A DNA stretch of 64,000 bases from Candidatus Heimdallarchaeum aukensis (GTDB lineage Archaea; Asgardarchaeota; Heimdallarchaeia; Heimdallarchaeales; Heimdallarchaeaceae): contig CP084166.1 in assembly GCA_021513695.1 (NCBI GenBank), positions 2,080,001 to 2,144,000 of the forward strand, written 5' to 3'. How positions within the stretch are numbered: position 1 is the first letter of the stretch; the number at the start of each line of letters is the position of its first letter. The notes under the pieces are model-generated. The model searched no databases. It had not been told where the DNA came from and saw only the letters and a list, made by a program, of their open reading frames with translations. This document shows, one piece after another, positions 49,481 to 59,432 of the stretch. Both the position numbers and the translations under genes were made by a program.

Positions 49481-50599
49481 TCAAAATTTTTTGTTGTTTT
49501 TCATTTTTTTTGGGTAATAGTAATTTTTTTCATCAAGAATAAATCCCTTTAAAGTCTCTCCTACTTGTGTTTCTTTTGGAATTTTACCCCTTGGTTCCTC
49601 AAAATTTTCATAAGTATCCATTGTCATTATGCGGATACTATCTCCCTCATCGGATAAATACATATATTCTCTTTCAAAAACTTCATCATTTCTTTTTTTT
49701 GCAGTTTTCTCAAACTTTTTTCTATTGATTTTCCTTTCTCTATGATCTTCTAGTGAAAGCAGTGTTACTTCCTCTGCTTTTGTATTGGTTACAAGCCATA
49801 TTTTACCTTCAAAGTTAACTATATCTCCTTTTATAAACTCAGGAAGTTTTACAAGGTAGGTATTTCTATATACATCTTGTTTATCTCTAGTTTGTGTGAC
49901 TAAAGTATAAGCAACAGAGTATCTCGCAGCCATTTTTTCTTTTATTTTTTTTGCTAATTCTTCTGCAAAGAGTTTTGTGCTCACATTGGCTGTGATACCG
50001 TCTTTATCAATTTGAATATCTGTGAGGTAATTTGAGTTAGATGAGCTATTTTCTAACTCTTGCTGTAGGAGATCCTCAACTTCTTTTTCCTCTGATTCCC
50101 GAAGTTTTCTATTTGTCCCCCTAACTTGAAGAACAGCTTCATGATATCCTGTTTTATATCTTATACACTGCTCACAAGTAGCTTTTCTAATTTTAATTTC
50201 AATTTCAAACTCTTTTTCTATTTCTCTAAATTGAATTTCTGGTTTAAAATAAAAAATTATACTTATTTTGAAATTTTTGTATCCTTGATTTATTTTTTCC
50301 AAGGAAATATCATCTTCCTTGAACTCGTATCGAAAAGGAATATCGCTCTTAACATTTTCTGTAATCTTACTTCTAGCTAACTCGCGAAGAACTATGTCAA
50401 AATCTTGTTCAACTGAAAAAGGGTTTACACTCATTCCTGCTATACTAATTGTACCACAATAGGGACATACATTAAAAGTGAGCTGTTTTGGTAGTTTAAT
50501 GTTGATAGTATACTCTTTAAAATAGCACTCCTCGCATAAGTTTTTAACAAAAGGTCCTTCTGTAGTTCCACAAATAGCGCAAAATCTTCCTTTAGTCAT
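49481..50599 (-). CDS. NMD3-family 60S ribosomal subunit export/biogenesis factor homolog
   Basis: The N-terminus has four C-x2-C zinc motifs: CAICGTTEG ... CEECYFKEY ... CPYCG ... CEQC. The roughly 370-aa size is typical of archaeal NMD3. Confidence 0.7.
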   Translation of the reverse strand: MTKGRFCAICGTTEGPFVKNLCEECYFKEYTINIKLPKQLTFNVCPYCGTISIAGMSVNPFSVEQDFDIVLRELARSKITENVKSDIPFRYEFKEDDISLEKINQGYKNFKISIIFYFKPEIQFREIEKEFEIEIKIRKATCEQCIRYKTGYHEAVLQVRGTNRKLRESEEKEVEDLLQQELENSSSNSNYLTDIQIDKDGITANVSTKLFAEELAKKIKEKMAARYSVAYTLVTQTRDKQDVYRNTYLVKLPEFIKGDIVNFEGKIWLVTNTKAEEVTLLSLEDHRERKINRKKFEKTAKKRNDEVFEREYMYLSDEGDSIRIMTMDTYENFEEPRGKIPKETQVGETLKGFILDEKNYYYPKKMKNNKKF

Positions 50600-50637
50600 C
50601 TATGGTCACTATACTCTTCTAATATATTTACTCTGCT

Positions 50638-51030
50638 TTATTTGATTAATATTGCATGGCCTATTTTCTTTTTTGATTTATCAGGATGGTCAATCCATAA
50701 AATTGCTTCCTTGTGAATAAATTTGTGTTTAATAAGGAGATCAATGATTCTTCTCCCAATAACATTTGCTGAAGTACATTCCTTTAATGCGGTAAGAACC
50801 TCTGCTTCAGTTACTAACTGTTCACCATAGAACTTTTTAGTAGGTTTTATTTTTACTCCTCTGGACTCTAAAGATAACTCCATTATATCCTCATCACAAA
50901 TTGCTACAAGTCTCTCTGTTTGATGAGAATAAATCTTGATGTAATAATTTGTAGAATCCATAAAAAAACCAAATCCTTGAAAAAATGAAATTATTTTCTT
51001 AATGGTTTTACTGCTGTTGTTGCTCCGCAT
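50638..51030 (-). CDS. DUF424-family protein (conserved archaeal protein usually next to aIF2-beta); real start probably internal Met near 50961
   Basis: IKIYSHQTERLVAICDEDIMEL ... ILWIDHPDKSKKKIGHAILIK resembles the DUF424 consensus. The annotated start overlaps aIF2-beta by 40 nt. Confidence 0.55.
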   Translation of the reverse strand: MRSNNSSKTIKKIISFFQGFGFFMDSTNYYIKIYSHQTERLVAICDEDIMELSLESRGVKIKPTKKFYGEQLVTEAEVLTALKECTSANVIGRRIIDLLIKHKFIHKEAILWIDHPDKSKKKIGHAILIK

Positions 51031-51401
51031 GCTTCACATCGTTTGTAAAGGATTCTTGAAATAGTCTCAAAATGAGTATCATATTTGTGACATTCTCCAC
51101 ATCGAACATACTCTTCTAGATACTTCTCTAATAATTTCTGTAAATTGTATCTTGAGTGTTTTCCTGCGAAAACAGCTCTATTTCCTTCTATTGTTGCTGA
51201 TGTGGCAAGTTCTCCAGCTAAATACTTTAATAAGTGATTCTCGTCTCTATTAATTGTTGTAGCTATTTGCTTGAAATTGGTAACTATACTCTTGTTTCCT
51301 TCAATAACAGCTTGCACAGTTGGAATCTTGAAACGATCTTCTTCGAACACTTTTTCTGGTAATTGTTTTCGTGCTCTTTTCAATAATTCATCATAACTCA
51401 T
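50991..51401 (-). CDS. eif2b: translation initiation factor 2 subunit beta (aIF2-beta)
   Basis: Conserved core KIPTVQAVIEGNKSIVTNFKQIA ... LLKYLAGELATSA, and a C-terminal C-x2-C-x19-C-x2-C zinc ribbon. Confidence 0.85.
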   Translation of the reverse strand: MSYDELLKRARKQLPEKVFEEDRFKIPTVQAVIEGNKSIVTNFKQIATTINRDENHLLKYLAGELATSATIEGNRAVFAGKHSRYNLQKLLEKYLEEYVRCGECHKYDTHFETISRILYKRCEACGATTAVKPLRK

Positions 51402-51546
51402 TATAATCTCCTTAAAAAGAAGTTTACCTTTGCCTTTTTTTCTGTTTCGTTAATAGTTTATACTAAATCAAAATCTAGATAAAACAAAAACAATTTAAAT
51501 TGAATATAAAATATTATATTACTGAAAACTTTCAGAGGAAATAAAA

Positions 51547-51888
51547 GTGAATAAAAAAAGTAAAAGTAAAAGTGGGGCTTGGGAAGTAGAATCATCAGAT
51601 GCAATTAGAGCAAGGTTACCCGAAGAAGGAGAAGTATTTGGCGTAGTTGTCCAAATTCTTGGGGCAGGTATTCTATTAGTTCGTTGTTTAGATGGTAATA
51701 CTCGACAAGTAAGAATACCTGGAAAATATAGAAAAAGAATGTGGTGTAGAATAGGAGATCTTATTGTTGTAATGCCCCTATATGGAATGAACCCTGATGA
51801 AAAAGGAGAGTTAGTTTATCGATACAAGAATAATGAGGTATCGTGGTTAATAAAAAATGGGTATGTTCCTGAAGATTTTGTGAGTTAG
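51547..51888 (+). CDS. eif1a: translation initiation factor 1A (aIF1A)
   Basis: S1-like OB fold: LPEEGEVFGVVVQILGAGILLVRCLDGNTRQVRIPGKYRKRMWCRIGDLIVV. Confidence 0.85.
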   Translation: MNKKSKSKSGAWEVESSDAIRARLPEEGEVFGVVVQILGAGILLVRCLDGNTRQVRIPGKYRKRMWCRIGDLIVVMPLYGMNPDEKGELVYRYKNNEVSWLIKNGYVPEDFVS

Positions 51889-52088
51889 ATAATATTAGAA
51901 TAAATATTTTAATACTATTTTAAGATAATAAAATGAAATTTTGTACAACAAAAACTGAGATAAACGCTAAACAACAATTTTATTTAGCTTTAAAATCTCC
52001 TTGAATTATAGCTAATAAATCAGTGAAAATCACTTCCATTGCCAACAAAATCTTTGTTAGTAAAACTAATGAAAAAGGATAGATAAAT

Positions 52089-52901
52089 ATGAATAGAGCA
52101 GAAAAGTATGATATTAGTCATTTAGACGATAAAATAGACAAATCTCGCATTCGTACTAAAGATGAAAAAGCGATACAAGTAATTGAAAGTGTTTTTGACG
52201 AACAAACAGCTTTACTTATTGTATCTCTAATGAATAAAGGTATTATTAAAGAAATAAGTCACGTTGTTTCTACTGGCAAAGAAGCAAATGTTTATCATGC
52301 ATATGGTGAAAATGGAAAAGAATTAGCAATTAAGATATATCGAACAACAACTAATATTTTTAAGCAAAATTGGAGATACTTAGAAGGAGATCCTCGTTTC
52401 AAACGATATAAAAAGGGGACTTACTCTTTCATTTACCTTTGGGCAAAAAAGGAGTTTAAGAATCTTCAAAGAATGAGTTCAATAAAAATACCAGTCCCTT
52501 CTCCAATAATTGTTAGAAAGAATGTCTTAGTTATGGACTTTATAGGAAAAAAGAGAGAAGCTGCTCCTTTAATAAAGGATGTAAAAATACGAAATAAAAG
52601 AAAAGGAAAAATATATAGTAAAGTGATTGATTATATTTTCAAGATATATAATGAAGGAAAAATGGTTCATGCTGACCTAAGCGAATATAACATTCTTTAT
52701 TTCAATAAAGAGCCTGTGATAATTGATGTATCACAAGCAGTTCTTCTTGATCATCCAAATGCTTACTTTTTCTTGTATCGTGATATTTCAAATATCAACC
52801 GTTTTTTTGGTTCCATAGGTGTAGATGTTCTCGAAAATGATGAATTGTTTGAACAAGTGACTGGATTCAAACCTGATCCAAAAATTAAAATTGAGTTATG
52901 A
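52089..52901 (+). CDS. rio1: RIO-type serine/threonine protein kinase Rio1
   Basis: STGKEANVY (ATP loop), IKIYRTT, HADLSEYNILY (catalytic loop) and IIDVSQAV. Confidence 0.85.
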   Translation: MNRAEKYDISHLDDKIDKSRIRTKDEKAIQVIESVFDEQTALLIVSLMNKGIIKEISHVVSTGKEANVYHAYGENGKELAIKIYRTTTNIFKQNWRYLEGDPRFKRYKKGTYSFIYLWAKKEFKNLQRMSSIKIPVPSPIIVRKNVLVMDFIGKKREAAPLIKDVKIRNKRKGKIYSKVIDYIFKIYNEGKMVHADLSEYNILYFNKEPVIIDVSQAVLLDHPNAYFFLYRDISNINRFFGSIGVDVLENDELFEQVTGFKPDPKIKIEL

Positions 52902-53565
52902 AGTGAAGAAAATGTCAGGAGAATTTTTAGTAAGATTACCTCTTGAACGTGTAGCCGTTCTTATAGGGCCGAAGGGTTCCACAAAGAAACATATTGAAGA
53001 TTTAACTGGGTGTATATTGAAAATTGATAGTAATAACGGTGATGTTATTATCCTTGCTGAAGAAGAGCTTGATGATCCAATCAATTTATGGAAAGCTAGA
53101 GACATTGTTAAAGCAATTGGACGTGGTTTTAGTCCTCAAAGAGCATATGCAATCATGAAACCAAACTATATTTTTGAGATTATTAGTTTAAGAGAGATCG
53201 TTGGGACATCTCCCAATGCATTGAGGAACGTCCGGTCGCGTGTAATCGGTAGAAGAGGAAGTACAAGAAATTTTATTGAACAAGCAACACGGACATATAT
53301 TTCAGTTTATCATAACACAGTTGGAATAATTGGAGAATTAAGACACGTGGACATAGCAAGAACGGCTGTGATAAGGCTTATAAATGGTGCAAAGCACAGT
53401 TCAGTATATAATTTTATAGAACGTAAGATGAGAGAATTAAGCGAACATAAAGCTGCTATTTGGTCATCTCGAAGTGCTGGAGACTATTCTCAGATTACTG
53501 ATCTAGACGAGCTCGAACGCCTTGTATTCGAAGAAGAAAAGAAGAAGAAAGAAGAAAGCAGCTAA
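52891..53565 (+). CDS. KH-domain RNA-binding protein (archaeal Dim2/Pno1 homolog)
   Basis: Two KH GxxG loops (IGPKGSTKKHIE; IGRRGSTRNFIE). It sits immediately downstream of rio1, a conserved aIF1A-Rio1-Dim2 arrangement. Confidence 0.75.
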   Translation: MSYEVKKMSGEFLVRLPLERVAVLIGPKGSTKKHIEDLTGCILKIDSNNGDVIILAEEELDDPINLWKARDIVKAIGRGFSPQRAYAIMKPNYIFEIISLREIVGTSPNALRNVRSRVIGRRGSTRNFIEQATRTYISVYHNTVGIIGELRHVDIARTAVIRLINGAKHSSVYNFIERKMRELSEHKAAIWSSRSAGDYSQITDLDELERLVFEEEKKKKEESS

Positions 53566-53567
53566 CG

Positions 53568-54248
53568 GTGAAAAAGTTGGTTATTAACCCTAAGCGACTA
53601 GATAAAGAGTATAAACTCTTTGATCTGCATGTTCACAGTTTTTATTCCTATGACTGTAAGAGTAATCCAAAGGATATAATCAAACATGCTGAAAAAATAG
53701 GATTAAACGGTTTAGCAATAACAGACCATAACACTGTGTCCTTTCATAAAAATAAAGATGTAGAGACAAATTTGCTAATTATTCCTGGGATAGAAATCTC
53801 AACGTCTAATGGACATTTAATAGGTCTAGGAGTGTCTGAAACAATAGAAAAAAACAAATCTGTTGCAGAAACAATAGAAATAATACGTGATTACGGGGGA
53901 GAAATTATTGTTCCTCATCTGTTTGACTTTTTGAGAAAAGGAATAGGAAGAAAGATCGCAAAAGTAAATTTTTCTGATCTCGCCATTGAAACAGTAAATG
54001 CTTCATGTTTAACCAAACTCTTTAATGACAAAGCAAGAAATTTTGCAGAAAAAAATTCGTTAGCACAAACAGGAGGCAGTGATAGTCACAGAGTTAAAGA
54101 CTTAGGGCTAGCTTATACACTTATCCCAAAAGATGTAGAAACAGTTGATGATGTGCTAGAATCAGTTCGAAAAAAGGAGACGCTAGGAGAAGGAACTATT
54201 TTATCTATATATGAAAAAGTAATTAGATCATTTCAAATCCACTTCTAA
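53568..54248 (+). CDS. PHP-domain metal-dependent phosphoesterase
   Basis: HVHSFYSYDC ... ITDHNT ... GGSDSHR histidine/aspartate motifs. Confidence 0.65.
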   Translation: MKKLVINPKRLDKEYKLFDLHVHSFYSYDCKSNPKDIIKHAEKIGLNGLAITDHNTVSFHKNKDVETNLLIIPGIEISTSNGHLIGLGVSETIEKNKSVAETIEIIRDYGGEIIVPHLFDFLRKGIGRKIAKVNFSDLAIETVNASCLTKLFNDKARNFAEKNSLAQTGGSDSHRVKDLGLAYTLIPKDVETVDDVLESVRKKETLGEGTILSIYEKVIRSFQIHF

Positions 54249-54304
54249 TTTTTCTTTTTTCAAGAAAATAAAAGTGGCATTCGAGAAAAATAAAAATCAT
54301 ATGT

Positions 54305-54526
54305 TTAGTATGCGTTGTCTTTAATGGATCCGTTATATACATTCTTCTGTTGTCCCCAAAACTCCTCTTTAAGCAAATCCCGAATAGCCACTCTAATTAT
54401 TTCACTCCTGTTTGGATATCGCTTTTGGCGAACAAGCTCATCCAAACTATTAAGAAATTCAGATGGTAAATGAACAGTCACGAGTTTAATTCTTATCACC
54501 TTTGATATTTCATCTGTAGGTGACAT
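54305..54526 (-). CDS. ribbon-helix-helix (CopG/NikR-N-like) transcriptional regulator
   Basis: The beta-strand-helix-helix pattern VTVHLPSEFLNSLDELV ... RSEIIRVAIRDLL is typical of RHH. Confidence 0.65.
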   Translation of the reverse strand: MSPTDEISKVIRIKLVTVHLPSEFLNSLDELVRQKRYPNRSEIIRVAIRDLLKEEFWGQQKNVYNGSIKDNAY

Positions 54527-54641
54527 TTAAATCCCATGTAATACTTGAAAAACACCCACACATGTATTCACATGTCCTTCTCGGTTTACGTGGGTAATAT
54601 AATTTTATTTATTGTGAGTTATCTTTTAGAATTTAGATAAA

Positions 54642-54700
54642 ATAAAAAAAGAGAAGAGAAGAAAAGAGAAGAGAAGAAAAGAGAAGAGAAGAGAAAAGTT
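54642..54700. repeat. GA-rich tandem repeat (about 3.5 copies of AGAGAAGAGAAGAAA)
   Basis: Read directly: agagaagagaagaaaagagaagagaagaaaagagaagagaagagaaaag. Confidence 0.85.
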
Positions 54701-54908
54701 TGCACACCCTCTACAGAGCCACCCTCTGTGACTGTTGTGCGAACTTCTAGCTATGTGTGATGACATTTTGGTGGTAGTATGTTTTTACTCCACACGAATT
54801 CATATACTGAATATGAAATTCGTAGCTAATAGTAAAAAAGAGAAAATAGTATATAAACTCAGCAATAAATAAGGGCAATCTTTGGAGAAAAAAATAAAAT
54901 TGGAAGAA

Positions 54909-55634
54909 CTATTTCCAGAATTGCCACCATTTTTTCTTTTTAGAAGAATCTTCTTTCTTATCGTCATTTCTTAGTTCTAGTGCAGCATCTCTCCAAGCCA
55001 TTTTTGTGATCATATCTCTGAATCCTTCTGGTTCGTCACCTTCTTCAATAACATATACAATGGGTATTCTCTTACGTTCAACTTCTAGTTGTCTAGCTAT
55101 TTTTCCTGCTTCATATTTTTCTTTAACTTGACAATCTTTACCTATCCATATGTAAATCTCATCATAAAAGTCTAGAACAAAGGCATCATCGGACTCAAAT
55201 AATTTATACTCAATCGGAATTTCTTTAGTAATTACCTCTCCTTTTTCATTCTGTTCAATATGTAATAGGCGAAAATCCTTCTTTACCTTTATATCTATGT
55301 GCTTAAGAAAACCAGGTGTATCTCCTCTTTTTACTTCAAATTCTATTATATCTAGAAATTCTGGAGGTTCATCACCTTGCATTATTGTTTTGATTTCTAG
55401 TTTTTTGTTTTTTTCTTCAATTACTTTGGCTGCCCAAGCTCCTACAGCTTTGTCGTCAGCATAGCTCCTTTTACCTATCCAAACCCAGAGAATGTTATCG
55501 GTTTCAACAACATAAACATCTCCATCTAAAAAAGTATAAGGAGACTTTAACTCTTTTAATTCTTTTTTAACTACATGATAAACTTGCATATAATTACTAA
55601 TGTATAGTGTAATAAAAGTCTTTTTAAGAGACAA
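54909..55634 (-). CDS. two-domain gelsolin-like actin-binding protein (Asgard 2DGel-like)
   Basis: Two gelsolin-fold repeats are each followed by an acidic EP-F block: YVVETDNILWVWIGKRSYADDKAVGAWAAKVIEE..GDEPPEF and FVLDFYDEIYIWIGKDCQVKEKYEAGKIARQLE..GDEPEGF. Confidence 0.65.
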   Translation of the reverse strand: MSLKKTFITLYISNYMQVYHVVKKELKELKSPYTFLDGDVYVVETDNILWVWIGKRSYADDKAVGAWAAKVIEEKNKKLEIKTIMQGDEPPEFLDIIEFEVKRGDTPGFLKHIDIKVKKDFRLLHIEQNEKGEVITKEIPIEYKLFESDDAFVLDFYDEIYIWIGKDCQVKEKYEAGKIARQLEVERKRIPIVYVIEEGDEPEGFRDMITKMAWRDAALELRNDDKKEDSSKKKKWWQFWK

Positions 55635-55665
55635 ACCTATCCGAAATACTTTTTAGTACAAGCTT

Positions 55666-56256
55666 TTGAAACAATTTATGAGAAGAGTAAGTCTAAATGA
55701 TATAAATCATTTAAACACAGTTATTGTAGTTATTGATGCACAAAAATCAATTATATCTGCAACAAAAGATTGGGAACTTGTTCTTAGTAAAATCGAATTT
55801 TTATTAGATAACGCTAAAGTATTTCATATTCCAGTCTTTTTTACAGAACAATATCCAAAAGGATTGGGTTCTACAATTGAAGAACTAACAGCAATTATGG
55901 AAAACAAAAATGTAGTTATTCAAAAGATGGAATTTAATTGCTTTGATAATGAAGATTTTGTGAAACATATCAACTCTTTTTCTTCTTTAAAATATCTTGT
56001 AATTCTTGGTGTAGAAACTCATATCTGTGTGTTGCAAACAGCTCTTGGGGCTCTTGAACATAACCTCACCCCCGTAATCATCTCTGATGCCACCTCATCA
56101 AGAAAGGAAACTGACTATAAAGCAGCTATAAACTTATTTAATCAATTCAGCATTCCTATCCTTACTACCGAAATATTTAGTTATCTTGTAGTTAAAACAG
56201 CAAAAAGCGATAAGTTTAGAGATTTGCTTAAAAATGTAAAGAAATTTAGCAATTAA
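55666..56256 (+). CDS. isochorismatase-family cysteine hydrolase
   Basis: VIVVIDAQKS (Asp of the catalytic triad) and GVETHICV (Cys nucleophile) motifs. Confidence 0.7.
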   Translation: MKQFMRRVSLNDINHLNTVIVVIDAQKSIISATKDWELVLSKIEFLLDNAKVFHIPVFFTEQYPKGLGSTIEELTAIMENKNVVIQKMEFNCFDNEDFVKHINSFSSLKYLVILGVETHICVLQTALGALEHNLTPVIISDATSSRKETDYKAAINLFNQFSIPILTTEIFSYLVVKTAKSDKFRDLLKNVKKFSN

Positions 56257-56397
56257 GAGGAAGAAAATAATAAGACATTTAAATTTGCTTGCATTTTCCT
56301 ATTTTTTGTTCTTATTTCTCAAAAAAAAACAACAATCATAGAACTTTTTAATTCTTATTTGTTTTTAGTTTTAACTTACATGTGGAGTGGAAATTAA

Positions 56398-57708
<1,311 letters not shown>

Positions 57709-57892
57709 TATTTAGTATTTTTTGCTATAAGACAATTTTAGATTTCATTAAACTGATTGTTGGATCTTTAGATTAAATATTTACTTACTTTAATTTGAAG
57801 TTTTATAGATTGAAATTAAATTTTTGTTCCAAAAAAATTGTACAAAAATGTATATCGGTATAGTGAAAGTTGAAATATTGAACTGTGTCAGC

Positions 57893-57947
57893 AATTACGT
57901 AATTTTTGTACTCAGAACGAGAAGTAAATTACGTAATTTTTGTACAA
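57893..57947. repeat. 19-nt direct repeat AATTACGTAATTTTTGTAC (2 copies, 36 nt apart) containing the TTACGTAA palindrome, plus an inverted partial copy at 57838-57850
   Basis: Read directly in the sequence, 60-170 nt upstream of the WD40 gene start. Confidence 0.85.
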
Positions 57948-58006
57948 ACTATTATTATTTTTGATTTTATGTACTCTTATATGGATAAAATTAATATTTA
58001 TCAAGT

Positions 58007-59383
58007 TTGATTGTTTTAATAATGAGTTCAATAATAGAAAAGAGAATATACCAAATTACAACTTTAAAGCATAAAGATGATGTCAATCGTGTTCTTGTTG
58101 ATGAACAATACATCTATAGTGCTTCTTCTGATAAAACTGTAAAAGTTTGGGATAAATTTACATTTGATGAGGTTGCAATATTATCTCACAAAAAACAAGT
58201 AAATGACATCGCAATAGATGATAACTATGTCTATAGTGCGACCAATGATGCTCGAGTTTCTATTTGGGAAAAAAATAGTTGGGAAAATGTGACCTCCCTC
58301 CCGCATGATGGATTTGTAGAGAGAGTGGTTGTAGATGACAACTTTGTCTATACCTCTTCTGATGATTTTTCTGTTAGAATTTGGGATAAAAAAAATTGGA
58401 AGGTAGTATTAGGGTTAAGGGTATCCGGAGAAGTGAACACTCTTTTTGTAGACAAAGATTTTCTTTATACTGGAAAAGGAACAAAAGTAAAAATCTGGGC
58501 GAAAGATAACTTTGATGTTGTCACAACGATAAAATTACCTATGTTTAGTGCTGTGCGCACGATATATGTTGATGAGGATTTTATTTACATTGGAGGAAGT
58601 GAAAAAAATGTTCGTGTATTTGATAAAAATTCAAAAAAACTTGTAGCTAAACTTCCTCATTCCGCTATTTCAATCGTTTATTCAATATATGGTGATGACC
58701 AATATATTCTTACAGGGTTAAGTGACAATAAAGTTGTAGTGTGGAAAAAAAGCGATTTCTCAAAAGTTACTTTTCTAAGTATTCCAGGACAAGTGAAGTC
58801 GGTGTTCAGTGATGGAATAAGATTTTATTCTGGTAGTTCTGATAAAAAAGTTAGAGTTTTTGAACCAGCAATTTATGAAGAAAAAAGAAAGGAGTATGAA
58901 GCAAAGAGAAAAGAACAAGAATTGAAAAAGAAAAAGGAACTGGAAGAGCAAAAAAAGAAAGAAGAGGAGAAAAGAAAAAAAGAGGAGGAGAAGAAAAAAG
59001 AAAAACTTAGAAAAGAACAAATAAAAAAAGAGAAAGAGGAAGCCAAGGAAAAAGAGAAACGACAGAAAAAAGAAGAAGAAAGAAAGAAAAAAGAAGAAGA
59101 AAAGGAGAAAAAGCGAGAAGAAAGAATTACAACAATAAGAAATATCTTGAAGAAAAGTGATTCAATTGAAATTAATCTACTGATGGAAATTCTAGATTTT
59201 TCAACAAAAGCTGCTCTGCTAAAATTTTTATATAACTTACCAGAAGATTTCCCAATAATAATTAAAGATGATAAAGTGTTTTTCTCCACCCTAAATAAAA
59301 AAGAAAAAGAAGTCCATAAAGCAATAGATGACTTATTGAAAAAATATGAAGAATGGGAGCAGACTGATGTTTTTAAAATATAG
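58007..59383 (+). CDS. WD40-like 7-bladed beta-propeller protein followed by a roughly 100-aa E/K-rich single alpha-helix-type segment and a small C-terminal domain
   Basis: Seven roughly 40-aa repeats end in D-x-x-V-K/R-V/I-W-D/E-K (VYSASSDKTVKVWDK, VYSATNDARVSIWEK, VYTSSDDFSVRIWDK ...). These are followed by KEKE low complexity (EKRKKEEEKKKEKLRKEQIKKEKEE). Confidence 0.6.
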   Translation: MIVLIMSSIIEKRIYQITTLKHKDDVNRVLVDEQYIYSASSDKTVKVWDKFTFDEVAILSHKKQVNDIAIDDNYVYSATNDARVSIWEKNSWENVTSLPHDGFVERVVVDDNFVYTSSDDFSVRIWDKKNWKVVLGLRVSGEVNTLFVDKDFLYTGKGTKVKIWAKDNFDVVTTIKLPMFSAVRTIYVDEDFIYIGGSEKNVRVFDKNSKKLVAKLPHSAISIVYSIYGDDQYILTGLSDNKVVVWKKSDFSKVTFLSIPGQVKSVFSDGIRFYSGSSDKKVRVFEPAIYEEKRKEYEAKRKEQELKKKKELEEQKKKEEEKRKKEEEKKKEKLRKEQIKKEKEEAKEKEKRQKKEEERKKKEEEKEKKREERITTIRNILKKSDSIEINLLMEILDFSTKAALLKFLYNLPEDFPIIIKDDKVFFSTLNKKEKEVHKAIDDLLKKYEEWEQTDVFKI

Positions 59384-59432
59384 TTTAAGTTAACTATCTG
59401 TGTTACACTTTTTTTTAATTTAGAAAAACTCT

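Noticed and set aside
58775-59289. Two minus-strand ORFs (81 and 138 aa) with F/S/L-rich translations
   Set aside because: They are antisense translations of the purine-rich KEKE-coding repeat of the WD40 gene, an artefact of the low-complexity sequence.
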